Shown here: in pieces, positions 33,901-48,500 of the stretch
How the letters are laid out: each line of letters opens with the position of its first letter
Position numbering within the stretch: the first letter of the stretch is position 1
Assembly (NCBI GenBank): GCA_047495785.1
Contig: JBLDXI010000025.1
Coordinates: 1,798,001 to 1,862,000, forward strand
Direction of reading: 5' to 3'
Source of the DNA: Lepidodermella squamata
Lineage: Eukaryota > Animalia > Gastrotricha
DNA length: 64,000 nucleotides
Position numbers and translations under genes: made by a program
Notes under the pieces: model-generated
Told to the model about the DNA's origin: nothing
Database searches by the model: none
The model's input: the letters and a program-made list of their open reading frames with translations, nothing else

Positions 33901-36900
33901 AGAATGTCGACTACAGCACTTCAGATTATCGTTATTACGGTACCGATTTGCTCTTGAAATTTCCATTCCGACGATTAGCCCTGCCGGGATTTTGAGCTTT
34001 AAAGGTTACGTCGTATGCGATAGCCTGCCTAAAGAACACGGACATCGTGGTCCATTCCCAGACCGAGCCGACAAAGACTATTAAAATAACAACAAACTAC
34101 GTAGGCTTAAGCCCATCTTGAGCCTTTGTTTCACTAGTTACTAGACTTCTGGAAAGCCATAAATTCCTATTTTAGAATTATATTAAAAAAAAGTGTATTT
34201 AGCAGTAGAAAAAGGTTAAATGTGAAAAAGGTAGATGTGGAAAAAAATTAATAATTTAAATGACAGCTCAAATATATTTCAAAAAATAAGAAAAATAAAC
34301 ATTTGGTTCGGCTCAAGACAAGATCCAAAAAATATCGGATTCTTAACATCATTTCAAAAAGCAATTACCTCTTCACTGACCACGGTAGCTGCAGGGGTCG
34401 TACTGTGAGCTGTAGTAACAGCCTCAGCAATCGACTCCTCGCGCACTGATGGCGTCTTTTTCCTCTGCTTCATCTGCTCGAGCGCCAAAATTTCACCCAG
34501 CCCGGCGATGGACGAACTCGGGATAGGCGGGGCAGTTGTTGACCCGGGCGTAGTCGCTTCGTTATGAATAGAGTGCGCAATAGACTCAGGCAGGGACATT
34601 ACGTCATCCTCCGTCAAAGCAGCCTGCGAAACAGGCCGCTGTCGTTGCAGAGTTGGAACTGCCAATTGCAGCTTTTTCTCGCCTTCCCGAGGCGCTGTGT
34701 GAGGTGCAATAGTTTGGGGTTTAGGGTCAGCTTCGGGTTTAACAGCGGTACGGGGTCGGTTTGATGACGACGGGATGGCCAATTGCTTGGCGAGTTTCTC
34801 TTCGATTTTACGTACTTCATGCTCCTTAGCGTCGAGTTGCGCCTTCCGCATCAGCATTTGCTGGGCGATCGCCTCTCGCTCTTCCAGCATTTGCTCGCGG
34901 CCGGTGAGGAGCCTGGGAAAAATTAAGAAAATTTGTAAAAAAATATTCCCATTTTTTTAGCAACGGCCTGGAAAATATGACTTAGCTCCCGAGCTCACAG
35001 GACAGAAAAAGGGTTGTTTTGATCATAGTTTAGAGTCGAAATTGTAAGAATAGCTCAGAGAAAATTAAAACTCAAATTCAGCCACAAAAAGGATAAAAAA
35101 ATTCATATTTTCCTTAATTAAATTTGATGACGATTCCTCGAAAAAAACTGTGAACAAAAATATCTTTCCCAAGATAGTTCGACGAATTTCTGAAAAACTT
35201 TCAAATTTGATATATTTCTTTTTTACAAATAAGTTTTGTGAATTATTTTCCTTTTACGGTTGTTTCCCTTGATTATCCATATTTTTGGCCGATTTATTTG
35301 CATCGTTAAAATAAAATTTTATCAAAAATTGAAGGTCATAACTTTTTCAATATTCCCAAAAATGATTCTGTCCTGTGAGGCCCAAGTTATTAAAGCCGTG
35401 AAAGCAAAATTCGGGCTAATTGTGAAGGCATTAATCAAGAATAAAAACTCCAAGGTTAAGAAGGTAAAAAACCGCAAACACCAGCAAAAAATTCGAATAT
35501 CACCAAAGATACCTTTGCTGTTTGATTGTTTTCTTCGATTCAAAATTTTTGAACGATAACTAAGGCGAAAAAATCGCTAGAAACTTACTGCTCGATAACA
35601 TTTTTCGAGACCTGCTCCGCGCCAGGCGCACTGCCGCCAAGCTGCTCGATCTGCAGCTGCATCAACTGAAGCGTTAAATCGTGATTTCCATCGCCGAAAC
35701 TCATCGCAGTATCAGACAGGCCCATCGACTCATCGCCGCCGAATTCAACCGAACCTTCCAGAGCAGCCGGTAAACTTCGCCTCAATTGATCAGCCAGCGA
35801 TTTCTGCTCACTAGCCAAACGAGTCGAAGACGCCTTCAAACTCTCCAAATGCTTTTTCTCCTTACCATAGGCGGCTAGAACCTTAGCGCGCAATTTCGTC
35901 AAACGTTCAACTTCAGCCTTGGATTCAGGTTTATTCTGAGCTGTGACAATTTCAATTTGCTTCCCAATCAGTTTCAACTCGGCATTTGCGCGTTTTTTCG
36001 CCTCACGTTCGCGAATAGTTAGCTCGGCGATATCAGCGCGAAAACGGAGCGAACTTTGCCGCGCTTGTTGCGCAATCAACTCGCATAGCATTCGGTGGTC
36101 TTCACTCCGTTTAATTAACGAGGAATCGCTAGGTTTCGGAGTTTTACGACCCTCGTCCTCTTCGATTTCCTCAGTGACTGAGAGTGATTCAGAAATTGAT
36201 GACGGCTCATTTTCCGACTCTTCAACCGATTTAGCCGTTGAGACTGATTTCGCGGTTTTCAACTCAGATTCTTCAACTGTTAGGGTTGATGTGGTTTGGT
36301 GGGATTTTTCGATCCTAGAGCTCGGCCTGACCTCACTATGCATTTCCTCCTCGGTTTCAGCTCGACTTTTCGCCAGTGGAGGCGGTCGAGGGGGTGAAAA
36401 CGTTTGCCGTCTATGGTAGCGATGGTGCTGCTGTTCAGGTTGAGGTGGAGGAGGGGGCATGTCTGGGTTGTAATGATGGCGCTGTCTTTCTTCGAGGCCG
36501 ATCAAGCTATGACGTTGCATATCAGCTAGTTGGCGGGTTAAATCTGAAACGGCGATACTGGTTCGAAGGTGGGCTTCTAGCAGCCGTTCGCTGTCTTCGG
36601 CTAGGCGGCGCCCGGTAGCGGCCTCGAGGGCCTGGAATCGGCGTTCGATATCTTGGCGCATTTCAAGGGCAGTCACGCCACTTGGCGATTGTTCCACGGT
36701 TTGAATTTGGCGAATTATCTAAAAAAAACAGTTAAATTAGGCGATTGTTATCAATAACAAAAAATTAGCAGATCAATACAATTAATTTTTTCATAATTAT
36801 TCGTAAAAATGTCAACTCGAGGAAAATGCCCAATAAGTGTCCCATGAGTAACGCAAGCAAAGAAAATACACGGAAAAGGGTTCAGAAATTCTAAAATGAG

Positions 36901-39900
36901 AGACGAAGTTACATCTCATGGCCAGAAAAATTCAAAAAATCACGAGATTTGTAATCGAGTATGTCATTTGTTATTGGGACTATAAAAGTCCGGAGAAATT
37001 TGGTCCACCTGGGTAAAATACCGACCCAGTTACCATCGGGGTTTCCCGGGTTTTCTCCGGTAAATTTTCCATTTCTTCGTTTAAATCTCAGATAAAAATG
37101 GAATATTTTAAAAAGGTAGGTTTTAAAAATTAGTGGAATTTCCTACGAAAATTTGCCAAATCAGAAAGTAGTTGCGCACTTCTGGGACACGACGTATAAG
37201 CATTCAAATCGTATATTTCACTGGCTTCATCAAGGATAATGAGTTTCAGGAATTTAGGCTGGATAATTTGAAATGCGAAAATTGTTAAAGCTAATTGCGA
37301 ATTTTCTTATCAGCGTAACAGCCTCGCATTACGAAATTTAATTCATGTGAACTTGAAAATTAGGCGAATTCCTTTCTTCGCTCAAGCGATGACAAAGTTT
37401 AGCAAAATTTGTGGTAAAAACAGGCGATTTCCGCAAAAAAACGAGCATTAGACTCAATAAATCTGAGATTTTAATAGGCAGCTTAAAACTGACTTCGAAA
37501 TTCAACAAATTTAGAAAATTATAGAACAGCCGTTTAATCCTTCAATTTCACAATTCGTTGATTTGATTTTCCCCTCAAATTACCTGAGTTTCGACAACAG
37601 GCGCCGGTTGCGGAACAGGTGGTGGTGGTGTTTGGACTTTTTCCGCCGCCTTCTTCGCAGCACTTTTCGGCCTGCTCGGCGTACTCGGCCTAGGCTGAAC
37701 CGCTTGTTGCATCGTAACGCGAACGTGACTCTCAACCGCATTCATCAAACTCACAAGCCCAGCCACATCCGTATTCTGCTCGGCATTCGTCCTCTGCCGA
37801 TCTAAATCATCCAACTGCCGGTGATACGTGTCCAAAGACGCTAGCAAATCCAGCTCAGCATGCAACTGCGCGTCCAAAACTTCAGCAGGGACTCGATTTT
37901 TCTCGTCTTCCTCAGCATTTCGCAGAATTTCCGCCACGCGGCTATTCGTAGCCCGAGTCGGGCCGGGTAACGGCGGGGAGCCGCGGTAAAACGACGGCTC
38001 ATCTGTCGACATAACGTCCTCAACATACGACTTATTCGGACTGGTCGCAGTTTGAATGCACGCCTCGACCAAATCAGGCCGAGACGGCTCTTGATCCGCG
38101 ATTTGAACGCCGATATCTGACGTGAAACGCGGCGGAGATGCGTGGAAAGTCGTTTGCAGCTCGGCATCGGCGTATTGAGGCCGTAAATTTGCGTGGTTCT
38201 CGCGCGCTGGGGTTGTCCCAATGCCGAAACTCCGCCTTAAAACCGACGCAACATTCCACGGATCATGCTTAACCGGCAGAGTTGCAGTGCTGATCATGCT
38301 ACTTTGCCGCGAAAATGAGGGCAAATTAGCGACAGGTGCTGTTGATAACGGAGAGGTCGCCACAGATTCGTGATTTTTCGAATGCTGAGGCGATTCCGGG
38401 GTCAATGTTCGGTCTAAATTCGACCCACTCCGCCGCTCGGGTGACCGAAAAATCGGTGACGTCGAAGAATCACGAACTTGAGGCGCGGCTAAATGATAAT
38501 CGGAATATCCGCTCAACTCGTGTAAAATCGACGGCGATTCTCGTTTAGCCGTCGACATCGCGTCGAATTTCGCGACAGAAACCGGCGTTTTTAACGCGGT
38601 TGGGTCGATAGGGCCGCTTTGAGTGCCGGTTTTATTCGAGATAAATCGCTCAACCCGCTCAACTTCTGCCCTCAGTTTTACCTGAAGACTCAGTGCTGAC
38701 TCTAAAATCGCGCAAACTCGTTTAGTTCGAGCCGCGTCTGGAACTAGAGCATTTGCAACAGTTGCCACAGTTGATTGCGGCTCAATCATCGGCTTTTCTG
38801 TAACTTGTTTCGGCGAAATTTGGCTGAATGAAAGTTCACTTTTCGTCGAAACATGATCGTCCATTGATGCAATATCATCAATATGGATCGATGTCGGCAT
38901 GCGGAGTGAAATTCTAGGCGGTGGCGGTTGGAAGGCCTCGGGGACCAGTTCACGCACTGGAATTCTCGCGACAGCATGTTGATGCTCAAAAAGAGCTTGT
39001 AATCGAGCCTGCTTTTCCCTTTCAGCCCGAGCTTGTTCAGCTTTCTTTTGTTGCTCGGCGGAATGGCGGGCTAAACGCTGCTGTTTGATGTAAGCTTGAA
39101 TTGCATCTCGATCAGTAACCGGTCGTGATTTCTTCACGCAGGGCACGTCCTAAGAATGAAATTCATCAGTCAATGAAAAAAGAGTTGGATGGATCAATTC
39201 AAACCTTAGCCTTAGCCTCCACCGGCTGCTTTGCGGCTTGTCGCACTGGAACCGATTTCGACCTAGCAGGTTTTGAAGGAGCAGGATCTTCTTCTTTAGC
39301 TGCAAGTGCAGCTTTCAAATCTTGCATTATCGACTTAGCACCAGGAGGCAGATTGGACTCGTCGATTGTCAAGCTATCTGGGACTGTATCTTCGTTTGTC
39401 AGCTCAATCGACTTCTCCATACTGTTTTCAGCCTCGGTCTGACCTTTTTCAACCTTAGCTGGCTCTTGTTTACTCGGGGCAGGTTGAGGCTTCCTAGTTT
39501 CTGGCCTTCGTTTTTGCTTGTCTTTATCGCCAACTTCAGGCGATTTTCGCTTGGTTGGAGGGTGTGGCGGAGGGCCGATAACTTGCCATGCCACTTCGAG
39601 GCCGCGCTTATAAGCTCGGATGTCCTCTTCATTTTTGAGCCGTTTCGCTGACGGAGCCTTCGCCGGTTTAGCACCTTCGTTTTCCCCAGGAATAGGGGCA
39701 GTCATGGCCAACGCAGCTACTCCAATTTTCTTACTGCCATCTTTCACCGGCATTGTAGATGCCCTCGTAAGATTAGGAGCTTCTGCTTTAGACTTAGATA
39801 CTGCAAGCGATTTAACCTCTGAAGGAAAATTAAGCTTAACTTGAAAATTTGAAAATTAAATTGCAAACCTTTTCTAGGTTTCTGCTTCAATAAATCCAGG

Positions 39901-40485
39901 CGTATCTTGCCTGGCAAGAGGGGTGTAGCTGGTACATTTTCTTCTTCATCTGACCCAGGAGCCCTCCGAGCAACTTTTCTCGAGCGCACGGGTGACAAAC
40001 TTTCACCGTCAGCAGGAAATAAGACGTTGCCGTCATTGCCCATAGGAAGAATTGGATCTGCCGGCTGGTGTAGACGTCGCATCGCAAGGTTGGCTTGATT
40101 TTGAATAATATCAGCTGGCATGGAATCATTTTTATGAAAATAACACTGGTAAAGACGTGTAACTCACATGCGCTCGCTATTCTAAAATGAGGATCATGTT
40201 CGGCATTTAGGCGGTTTCCCACAGAGCTTGAAGTTTGCTGATGCCTTATAATTTCCCGAAGATTTGCCAGCTTTTGCTCAGACAAGCGAAGGGAAGCCCT
40301 GAAACAAAAATTAAACGAGCCAATGAAAGCCTACGAACCATTTGGCGAAAATTACCGATCGGAAGAAGCAAAGCGCTCATCTGAGGCTTTAGAACGAGAA
40401 CCGTCAGCTACACAATAAAGTTCATCATAACTCATATCATTTATAATTCAGTGAACTTACCTTTGAAAGACACTTTACGGTACAT
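27959..40485 (-). CDS. CEP350: Centrosomal protein CEP350 homologue; exons 40485-40461, 40407-40356, 40298-40168, 40114-39869, 39818-39205, 39149-37584, 36718-35589, 34912-34369, 32111-29743, 28343-27959
   Basis: Phase-consistent GT-AG model. Blocks matching CEP350 as I recall it occur in the right order: DRDAIQAYIKQQR..EKQARLQALF; PAEVLDAQLHAELDLLASLD..RQLDDLDR; LTGREQML..KAQLDAKEHEVRKIE; CVDFLWQWR; RRRDAVDEVLLAEL..WTDFSQDEAAVREEV. Confidence 0.85.
30655..31010 (-). repeat. In-frame tandem repeat in the large CEP350 exon (about 4 units of SRKSIEIEEEPSVRSESQKSNRSRKSVDE)
   Basis: Visible in both DNA and protein. Confidence 0.85.
32621..33010 (+). mobile_element. Decayed LINE (APE-type) fragment in a CEP350 intron
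   Basis: ..VQANPGP..IHFAHFNVNGIISK..RPDVIMISETK, then a stop and frame change, then YLGGGVAILVH; these are APE endonuclease N-terminal motifs. Confidence 0.8.
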
Positions 40486-42070
40486 AACCAGAATTTAAAA
40501 TCTATTAGAGGAAACTCGCCGGCAAGCAGGGCGGCGAATTGCTAACTATTTGCATAGGCTAAATAACGCTAAAATTCTACGGAGTAAATAAAAAAGTAAG
40601 AACTTAAGCCGCCTTCCTTAAAAGAAAGCAACTAAAAACCCACTCGTAAAGCTTCATGAGATTAGACAATGAATAAATGACGAAATGCCTCATGAAGGGT
40701 CCATCCTCCAAAAAGTAAGATAGCGAGACGAAGGCTAAACAAGAAACAAGATGCACATTACGGCAGTAAATAGCTACACAGGCTGCTGGGGAGGGATTAA
40801 GAAAACAAGACGCGCAACATGACCTGATGCCCGCTGGGGCGGCATCTCTTCATCGATCGACTTAACATGGATTGCGCGGCAAAACGCGTTGCTGGCTCAG
40901 AATCAAAAATACAAACCATGCAAATTTAATTAAATAATTATTTTCAAAATTAATGACATATGGCTGAAAATATGCGTCAACATTTTTGAGCGGTAACATT
41001 TTCAAATCTGCGGAAACCAAATCAAATGCGTAGCCTCGGTGGGAGTTGTGCGGATTTTTCGGGTCTTTGGAGATTTGTGCCTGTCGCTACCTCGTCTGAG
41101 GGCATCCAACGGAAGCTTTCAAAGATGACAACGAGAATCGCTATTGGTGGAGTGATAACAGTCAAGTTCCTTTGATTCTTCGCTGCTAATCCCACCGCTC
41201 ATCTTAAATTCTGCTTAAATTCTTACTGCTCATCCCACTTCACTCCTAACTCCTAGCTATATAATTATTATCTTTGCCACGGGTTCGGTAATTTAAGATG
41301 TCGCCTCTTTCCTCAAAAGTTTTCTAGTTTTACCCGTTTGAGAAATCTTATCGGATTGCGCAGTGTAGAGGCACCATTCGAGTCCAAGTTCTGTGGTAAA
41401 CTTTCAAGTCGCATTCGCCAAACATCAATCTGTTTAAATCGCCAAGTTGTTTTATTATTCGTACATTAAATCTTCATCAGGAAAAGGAACCATTCAAGAT
41501 CGGAGATCGTAATAATCTCTTGAATAGTTTAATTTATTAGCTTGAAGTCGAAAATGGCTAAAGTCGACATTAAATCCATCGGAAAATGCGATCAACCTAG
41601 AGAAAAGTTTCCATTAAGTCGAGGTAGACGGTTGACAGATGTTACCATGTGTGCTATTAATAGTGAGCTGAATATAAATGACGCTATGTTTTACGTTTTA
41701 CGCATGACTATGAAAGAATTAAAGCAGTTGACACTCTAAATTTAGAATTTGTTTTCAACTTGACACTCCGCGATGAAATAATGCATTGTGATTTGGATTC
41801 AGGCTTTATATTGTTACACTTTTCAATTATTATCTCTTATCAAGTATCGCTCAAATCACACTTATTTTCGTGATAGAAACTTCAAATTATAAGCAATATC
41901 GATCCTTTTAATGGAGTAGTAGTAATTTATTAGTTTGAATGTTGTGCCCATTCAATGATACATTCAATTGATATGATTTTATGGAATAGCAGTTTTACGT
42001 TATCTGTGATCAGGTTATTATATAAGGCTCCGATTATGTTTATCTCGTTCTATTGGCTACTACTGTTTGC

Positions 42071-42322
42071 TCAGCATTGAAACTGTCCAGTGCAACGGCC
42101 ACGTTTGGTAGCTTTTGGGGTGCATTTGCAGTTCGGAATCCTCCATCCACTGGGAATCCACCAATAGTAATTCGGAGTCATGTCATATCCTTCGCAGTAG
42201 GTATCGCAAGCTCCTTCGCTGTTGACCACTGCATATTTAGGACCATTGTCATCTTCGACAGGGGCAGCAACAGCAGCTCCGATAACCAGGGCAACGGCCA
42301 GAATAATTGCGGTAAAATTCAT
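42071..42322 (-). CDS. Single-exon secreted 6-Cys peptide, defensin/CS-alpha-beta-like
   Basis: Signal peptide, acidic APVEDD segment, C-x3-C-x21-C-x-C-x9-C-x5-C, upstream TATTTAA. Confidence 0.75.
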   Translation of the reverse strand: MNFTAIILAVALVIGAAVAAPVEDDNGPKYAVVNSEGACDTYCEGYDMTPNYYWWIPSGWRIPNCKCTPKATKRGRCTGQFQC

Positions 42323-45300
42323 GTTTTATAGAAATATGTCGATTGCTTTGTGAAAATGACCTCTTGGACAATGTGTCGTTTAAATAGAGAGCTGGGTTCG
42401 GCTGGCACCTGCTGATATGGAAGTCAGCATATCTTATTTGCTGCATTTTTTTCTTCATTTTTGCGTGGGAACAAGCTTATGTTTTCTCGCGATTAATCTT
42501 CACAATTAGTAACTGTGTAACTTTGGTTGACAAAAATGGACTGGGCAATTAAGTATAACTAACTATACAGCTAAGTGCACTTAAAAATAGGTTGTCAACG
42601 CGATTGATTCAAGAGTGTGTTGATGTCCTTCATCGCATTTGGCGCTTTTTTGTTTGTGGCGACACAACTTCCTGCTAAAACAACCTGGGAAGTGCGCTTA
42701 ATTTAAATCTATTATTTTTTGTTTACTCGACCAAAGTGCAATTAATTCAAGAGAGCAAGAAGCAACAAATCGATTACATAAACTTTTAGTACAAAATCTG
42801 TCGATTTTCGATAAAATGCGGTAAAAAACTCGTAAATAGTCACATTCACCTCATTGGGTGTTGTTTATTTACGATTTTTCTCTAGTACAGGATATTTACC
42901 AATTATTAACTGTGTTTTATCCCAGTTGATGAAAAGATGAGCCGATGTTTTCGAGTTGAAATTTCATTCAAGAAGTAGTAAATTAGCTAGTATACAAGAA
43001 AAGTCGTCGGCTTTCTATCGCGTAAACAATTTATCGACTGAAAGAGACGCAGGACGGATGCGCGTACAGGTAAACACCCTATCCAAGTGCGCTTTTGACT
43101 CAAGTGAGAGAAAAAAAAATTCTTTGGCCGCCGTTGATAATATTAATAATTTTTATTTATGAAAGTAATCTGCCTCTTTGCCAACGCCGCGGGCAGAAAT
43201 TATTAATAATAAAAATAGCACAGACGCCTTTTTCAAGGTGAGTAATAATCAAATCGATAATGCTGCCCTCTTGTATATATATAGGCAGCTTTTTCAACAC
43301 ACAAACAAACAAACAAACAATAAATTGAGGCGACGTATGACCGTCTACTTTTTCCACCGTCGTCGGGTCATGTTTTGCGATACAAACATCGCCCTTCACC
43401 GGGTTTTCGGTTATGCGAATAAAAAAGACCGCCGCTCGTCGCGCCCCAAAAATAAAAATATTGTTGTTCCTGCGCGAGCGCGCGCTCGCTCGCTCAAAAC
43501 TCGACATTTTCGCTATAATATACGGCGATTATTATTGGCTTTTTGCGCTCGAATCGCCGCGTAATAGCCTTGCACTTTATTTAGGTTTACCTGAATGGGG
43601 ACAGGGCGCGACACATTTTTAAGCAAGGGGCCTTTCACGCTTTGTTGTTGTTGTATACAGCGATCAATTTTTACCTGGCCATTGTCCCTCGCACTTATTC
43701 TTCTTTCGTTTTTACGCGTAGCAAAATGCGATATTATATAAGACTATATTTTCCGCTTGTTTACGATTATCATCATCACTACGCGCCGCGGGCTTTGAGC
43801 TCGAAAAGGGTTGGACTTCTAGCGTTTTAAAATAATATTATTTTCTATTCTTTTTCCACCTCCTAACCGATTGTTTAGCGCTTTGTTTGTCCTGTATAGC
43901 AGCTTAGACTTTCTCTGGTGCGGCGGCATTTATTTATAGCATTGATGACGCGAAATACCTGGGCGTAAAATATTCTTTCATTTAGTATTTATTAAGGTGT
44001 AGAGGACCTAGCGGCGCGCGTATTTCAACAATGCTGATCAAGTCACATACACATATCGCCATTCATTGCTGTGGTTTGTTGTTAGCTAGCCCTGAAATTG
44101 TATCGTTAAAAATTTCATTAACACACGACTGCGCCCGGGTTTTGACTGGTGGTGGCGCGGGTGGTGTCCTGTGCCTATTATCTATTCATGTTATTAAGCC
44201 ACCCTGCTGCTGTCTTTGAAACAAACCCTGGCATCCTGAGCCGTCTCGCGTAAACACATATACGCGTGGCCAGACGAAACTTCTCATCTTTTGGCGTTTA
44301 TACTGCGCTTACTCCAGAGCCAAACTATAACAACAACAAGAAGATGCATTCAAGTAGGTGTGGTTTTGAAGCCACCCTACCTGTACGGGTGATATTCACA
44401 CCGGATATCGTCGACTTGTGACTTTGTGTACTTGCCCGAACACATCAGCTGCCGGCGCGCGTGGCAGTCACCTTCGCGGCAAACAAATAAACTCATCGGC
44501 GCGATCGTTGTGTAGCCACCTTAAAACTGTAATTAATCATCTTCGATTTTTCTTACTCCTCTAGACTTTTTAAGACACAAGCTGATATAGATACTACATA
44601 AATACTAGGCAAATTATTGTTTTTTAATTTCGAGTGGCGATATTTTCGACGCTGTGGAGACGCGGGAAAATGCATGCGTTGTTCGAAACGCTTGTGCTAA
44701 TAATGTCGATGCTGCTTTCTAGGACAGGTATTGTCTGATTTATTTCGTCGCGAAAAAAAGCTCTGAGCAACCGCATTTCGACCCCCTGAACACACCAAAC
44801 TCTCAACTATTAGCTTTGTTTTTTGAGCATGGCTTGTTTTGCTTACATCTTTCTTCTCTACTTATAGCGCACGATTTTATACAAATTATTCCAATTATTC
44901 CTAATTTTTTTACTGCACATTTTTTATTCAGGAAATTTTTGAACATTTTTCGTATTATTTGGATCGCTGAAAATACAGTCTCTTTTAGAACCAAGAGCTT
45001 GGAATATGGGAGTAATAAATTCGAACTGTTCGAGAATTTTAGATAAGAACTTTGAAAATGTAAAAATCAATCGAACGTTTTATTCTCATTTATGAAATTT
45101 TTAGGACAAATTATGGGCTTTTCCGATAGGTTTTCAGGTTTTATCCCTAGCTAAAACTAGTAAGAAAAGTTAATTATTATTGGGAATTCTCAAAAATAAT
45201 TTTTAGAATTATCGGGAATATCGGGAATTACAGAATAATCTTACACAATTTTTGCAAATTTTTCGGCTGTTTGCACGTTTATCTGAGTTGATTTTCTGAA

Positions 45301-45592
45301 CTTAGCGTTTGTTTTTTTTTGTTTTCGTTTGTTTGGCTACTTTCCGAATGCTCGGCTGCTAATCCTCGGTTGATGATTGGTTGATGACTGACTGACTTCT
45401 ATGGTTTTGGTTTTGGTTCGCAACAATTGCACGTTTGGTGATGTTAACGGGTCGTCGATCGCTCGCTCATCCGCACCTACGAACCACGCAATTCTAACCA
45501 AAAATATAATTGATGACTTGATGATGACACGCACGTTTTTAACCCCATCAACCAAAAATATACATAAAAAAATCGAATCGGCCGAATTACAG

Positions 45593-48500
45593 CTTCTATT
45601 GTGTTGTGTGATGAAGAAGCTGGCGCTCATCCGACTTGCCCAAACTGGTTGTCCCTGTCCTTCTTGCAAACGCGCGATTTTTGCCCACCTGGCGGTCCGC
45701 TTGGCTGTGTCCGCGATCCGACAACTTGCGGCGCAGATAAACCCGTCTGCTGCACGCCAGACTGGTTCGTTTATTTTTCAAAAAATCCCCGAATTACGAA
45801 CTTTATTTTTTGAAAATTAAATACAGAAAAAATGTTTTCAAAAATATTTTTCAGTTTTTTCTGATTAATACAATTATTTTTTCTAGGTGTCCAACCTATG
45901 GAATTTGTACCGATGCACAGGGTTTCTGCCGCGATGTTAACGACCATTTAGTGTCGCATGGCCAGCAGTACCCGGTCGATTCGAATGATCCGTGTTCAAT
46001 GTGCACGTGCATCAACGGCCAGCCGGAGAATTGTCAGAGTTTGAAATGTGCCGAACCGCCGCTGTGTTCCGGCCAGAATCAGGTCCGCGGCCGGTGCTGC
46101 GAGTTCGAATGCCCGGTTGACATCTACGGAGATCGTAAGTTCTAATTTCACGAAATAATTCACATGAATTTGGCTCAATTTTTTATTCATTCATAATTTA
46201 TTAGGATTAGGAATTTTCATTGATTTTGATTTTTTTTGCTATTTAGCTATCAAAGGAATTCGCTTAGTTGGTGGAAATTCGCCCCGAGAAGGCCGAGTCG
46301 AATTGCTTCTCAATAACACCTGGGGCACAGTTTGTGATGATAATTTCAACGAGAAAGCCGCTCGGGTCGTTTGTCGTATGTTGGGATACGAGTAAGCCCT
46401 TTGATTTTGCCAATTCTAATTTATTCCTATTTTTTCCCGATTTTTAGTGCTCCATACTACACAGCAATTGTCAGCAAATTCGGCCCTGGTTCAGATTCAA
46501 TCCACTTCCGAGACATCACCTGTTTCGGCAATGAACAATCAATTTGGTGGTGCATGCGAGGCGTTCGATCCTGCACGGTAAGATATCATTAAAACTCCCT
46601 AATTTTTTCTAAGCCCAGGAAAAACCGTAAAATTTATTTTATATTCACCCGGCAACATTTTGAATATAAAAAAGTTCCGCTCGACACCTTACGTTCGCTG
46701 CTTAACACCTGAAGAGGAAGCTACAACTCCGACGCCTGAGGATGATAATCTCGCTGAAGATTTATTAGCGACTGAAGAGCCGTCAAACGCTGAAATTTAC
46801 GAGGCTAAATACAACAATAACCTTGACTCGAATGAGCGAATTTCGAACGATTTAAATGAGCCTAAATCGAATAGCCGCCGAATTACTTCGATTCAATCGC
46901 GGCAGCAACAACGTAGGGCTCAGGTTACGATTCGAGACGATGATGTCGAGCCAGAACCGCCGAAAAGATCGAATCAAGCTGCTCAACTGCCGCCTGCTAG
47001 GCCATGTCAGTTAAAAAAAATTGAGCAAAAAATGTGAACGCGTGCTCCAAGAGTGTTTTTTGCAACGAGTTTTTCCACGTGCACCGGGCTTGCAATGGAA
47101 TAATCGAAAATTTGAAAAAAATTATTGAAGGTTTAGAATTGAACTTTTGGAAAATTGACGTTTTTAATTGAATTTTTCGATTTTTTTCGGAATTTTCTGC
47201 ACTTTTTGGCTTAAATCTGCAAACTCATCGCTTTTTTGTTTTTATTTTTGTGACTTCAACTCGAACTGGTGAATATTCCCCCGTTTTGTGAAATGGCACG
47301 TTTGGCAAATGATGGCATGTTGATGATGAGCAGCACTTCGAGGACGTTGGCGTGTCGTGTCTCGTCACGGGGCAAGTTCCGACGGCGGCGCACGCCGACG
47401 ACGACGGGCCGACACAGCCGACACGCGTCACCGCACGCCCGACGAATGGCGCGCCCAGCACGGCGGCGACGACGCGGTGGACGCGCGCCGACCCGGCCAC
47501 TACGTCTTCGTGTAAATACGCAAGCTTTTTTCAATTTCACGAGTTTTTTAGATATGTACATCAGAGCAAATTTTGTCACATTTTTGCTTATTAGGACCAA
47601 CTATAGAATGGTTGCAAGAGCTGAGACGTTGAAATATTCAAAATAATTCAAGTTTTCCTGCGAAATGGAAAATTTCTTCAAAAGAGAGGGAATTTTGTCC
47701 AGAATTTATGAATATTTTTGCGTATTTCGGCTCATTTTTGGCATCTGAATTGTTTTTGTAATGGAAATGTCAAATTTTCAAATATGTTTAGGCGTGAAAT
47801 CGTCGACTATTCGATTGGTTGGCGGCCGAACTGATTGGATGGGTCGAGTTGAAGTCTTCCATAACCGCCAGTGGGGCTCGGTTTGCGACGATTATTGGGG
47901 CGTTAACAATGCCGAAGTCGTGTGCCGATCGCTTTGTTTCGAGTAAGTTACACTATTTTACTTGAAGAAAACTTGATAGCCGAGTTATAAGTTCATATTT
48001 ATAACGGATTTTTTCTACAATTTTTATCATTTCAAATAGCGCGTAAAATTTAAATTGCAAGCAATTTCGGGGAATATTTCGACATAACCTTTAAACTTGA
48101 AAAAACCAAATTTTACAAATTAAAAAAATTTAATTGAAATTGAAACTGAACAATTTAACAACTTTTGGATTTTGATAATTTTAATCTCGAAATAATTAAT
48201 TTTCTTCGAAATTTTAAAATTTTGTCTGAAATTTCAAAAATTTGAATTTTCTATTAATTTCAGTCCTCACTACGCCGCTGTTTACCAAGACAGTTTAATT
48301 CCGCCCGGAAACGGCACAATTTGGCTCGACGACGTGCGATGCAACGGCGACGAAGCCGTGCTCGAACGGTGCCCGCACGCGCCGTGGGGCTCAAACAACT
48401 GCCAACACGAGGAAGACGTCGCAATCGCATGCCAACCGCTAGAAAATCTCATGTCAACAACAATTTCAATTGACGAAGGCAAATGGCCGGTGGTTCGGTG

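Noticed and set aside
42950-45590. Short ORFs as the first exon of the SRCR-ZP gene
   Set aside because: None gave a convincing signal peptide with a phase-1 donor; left unresolved, likely promoter, UTR or intron.
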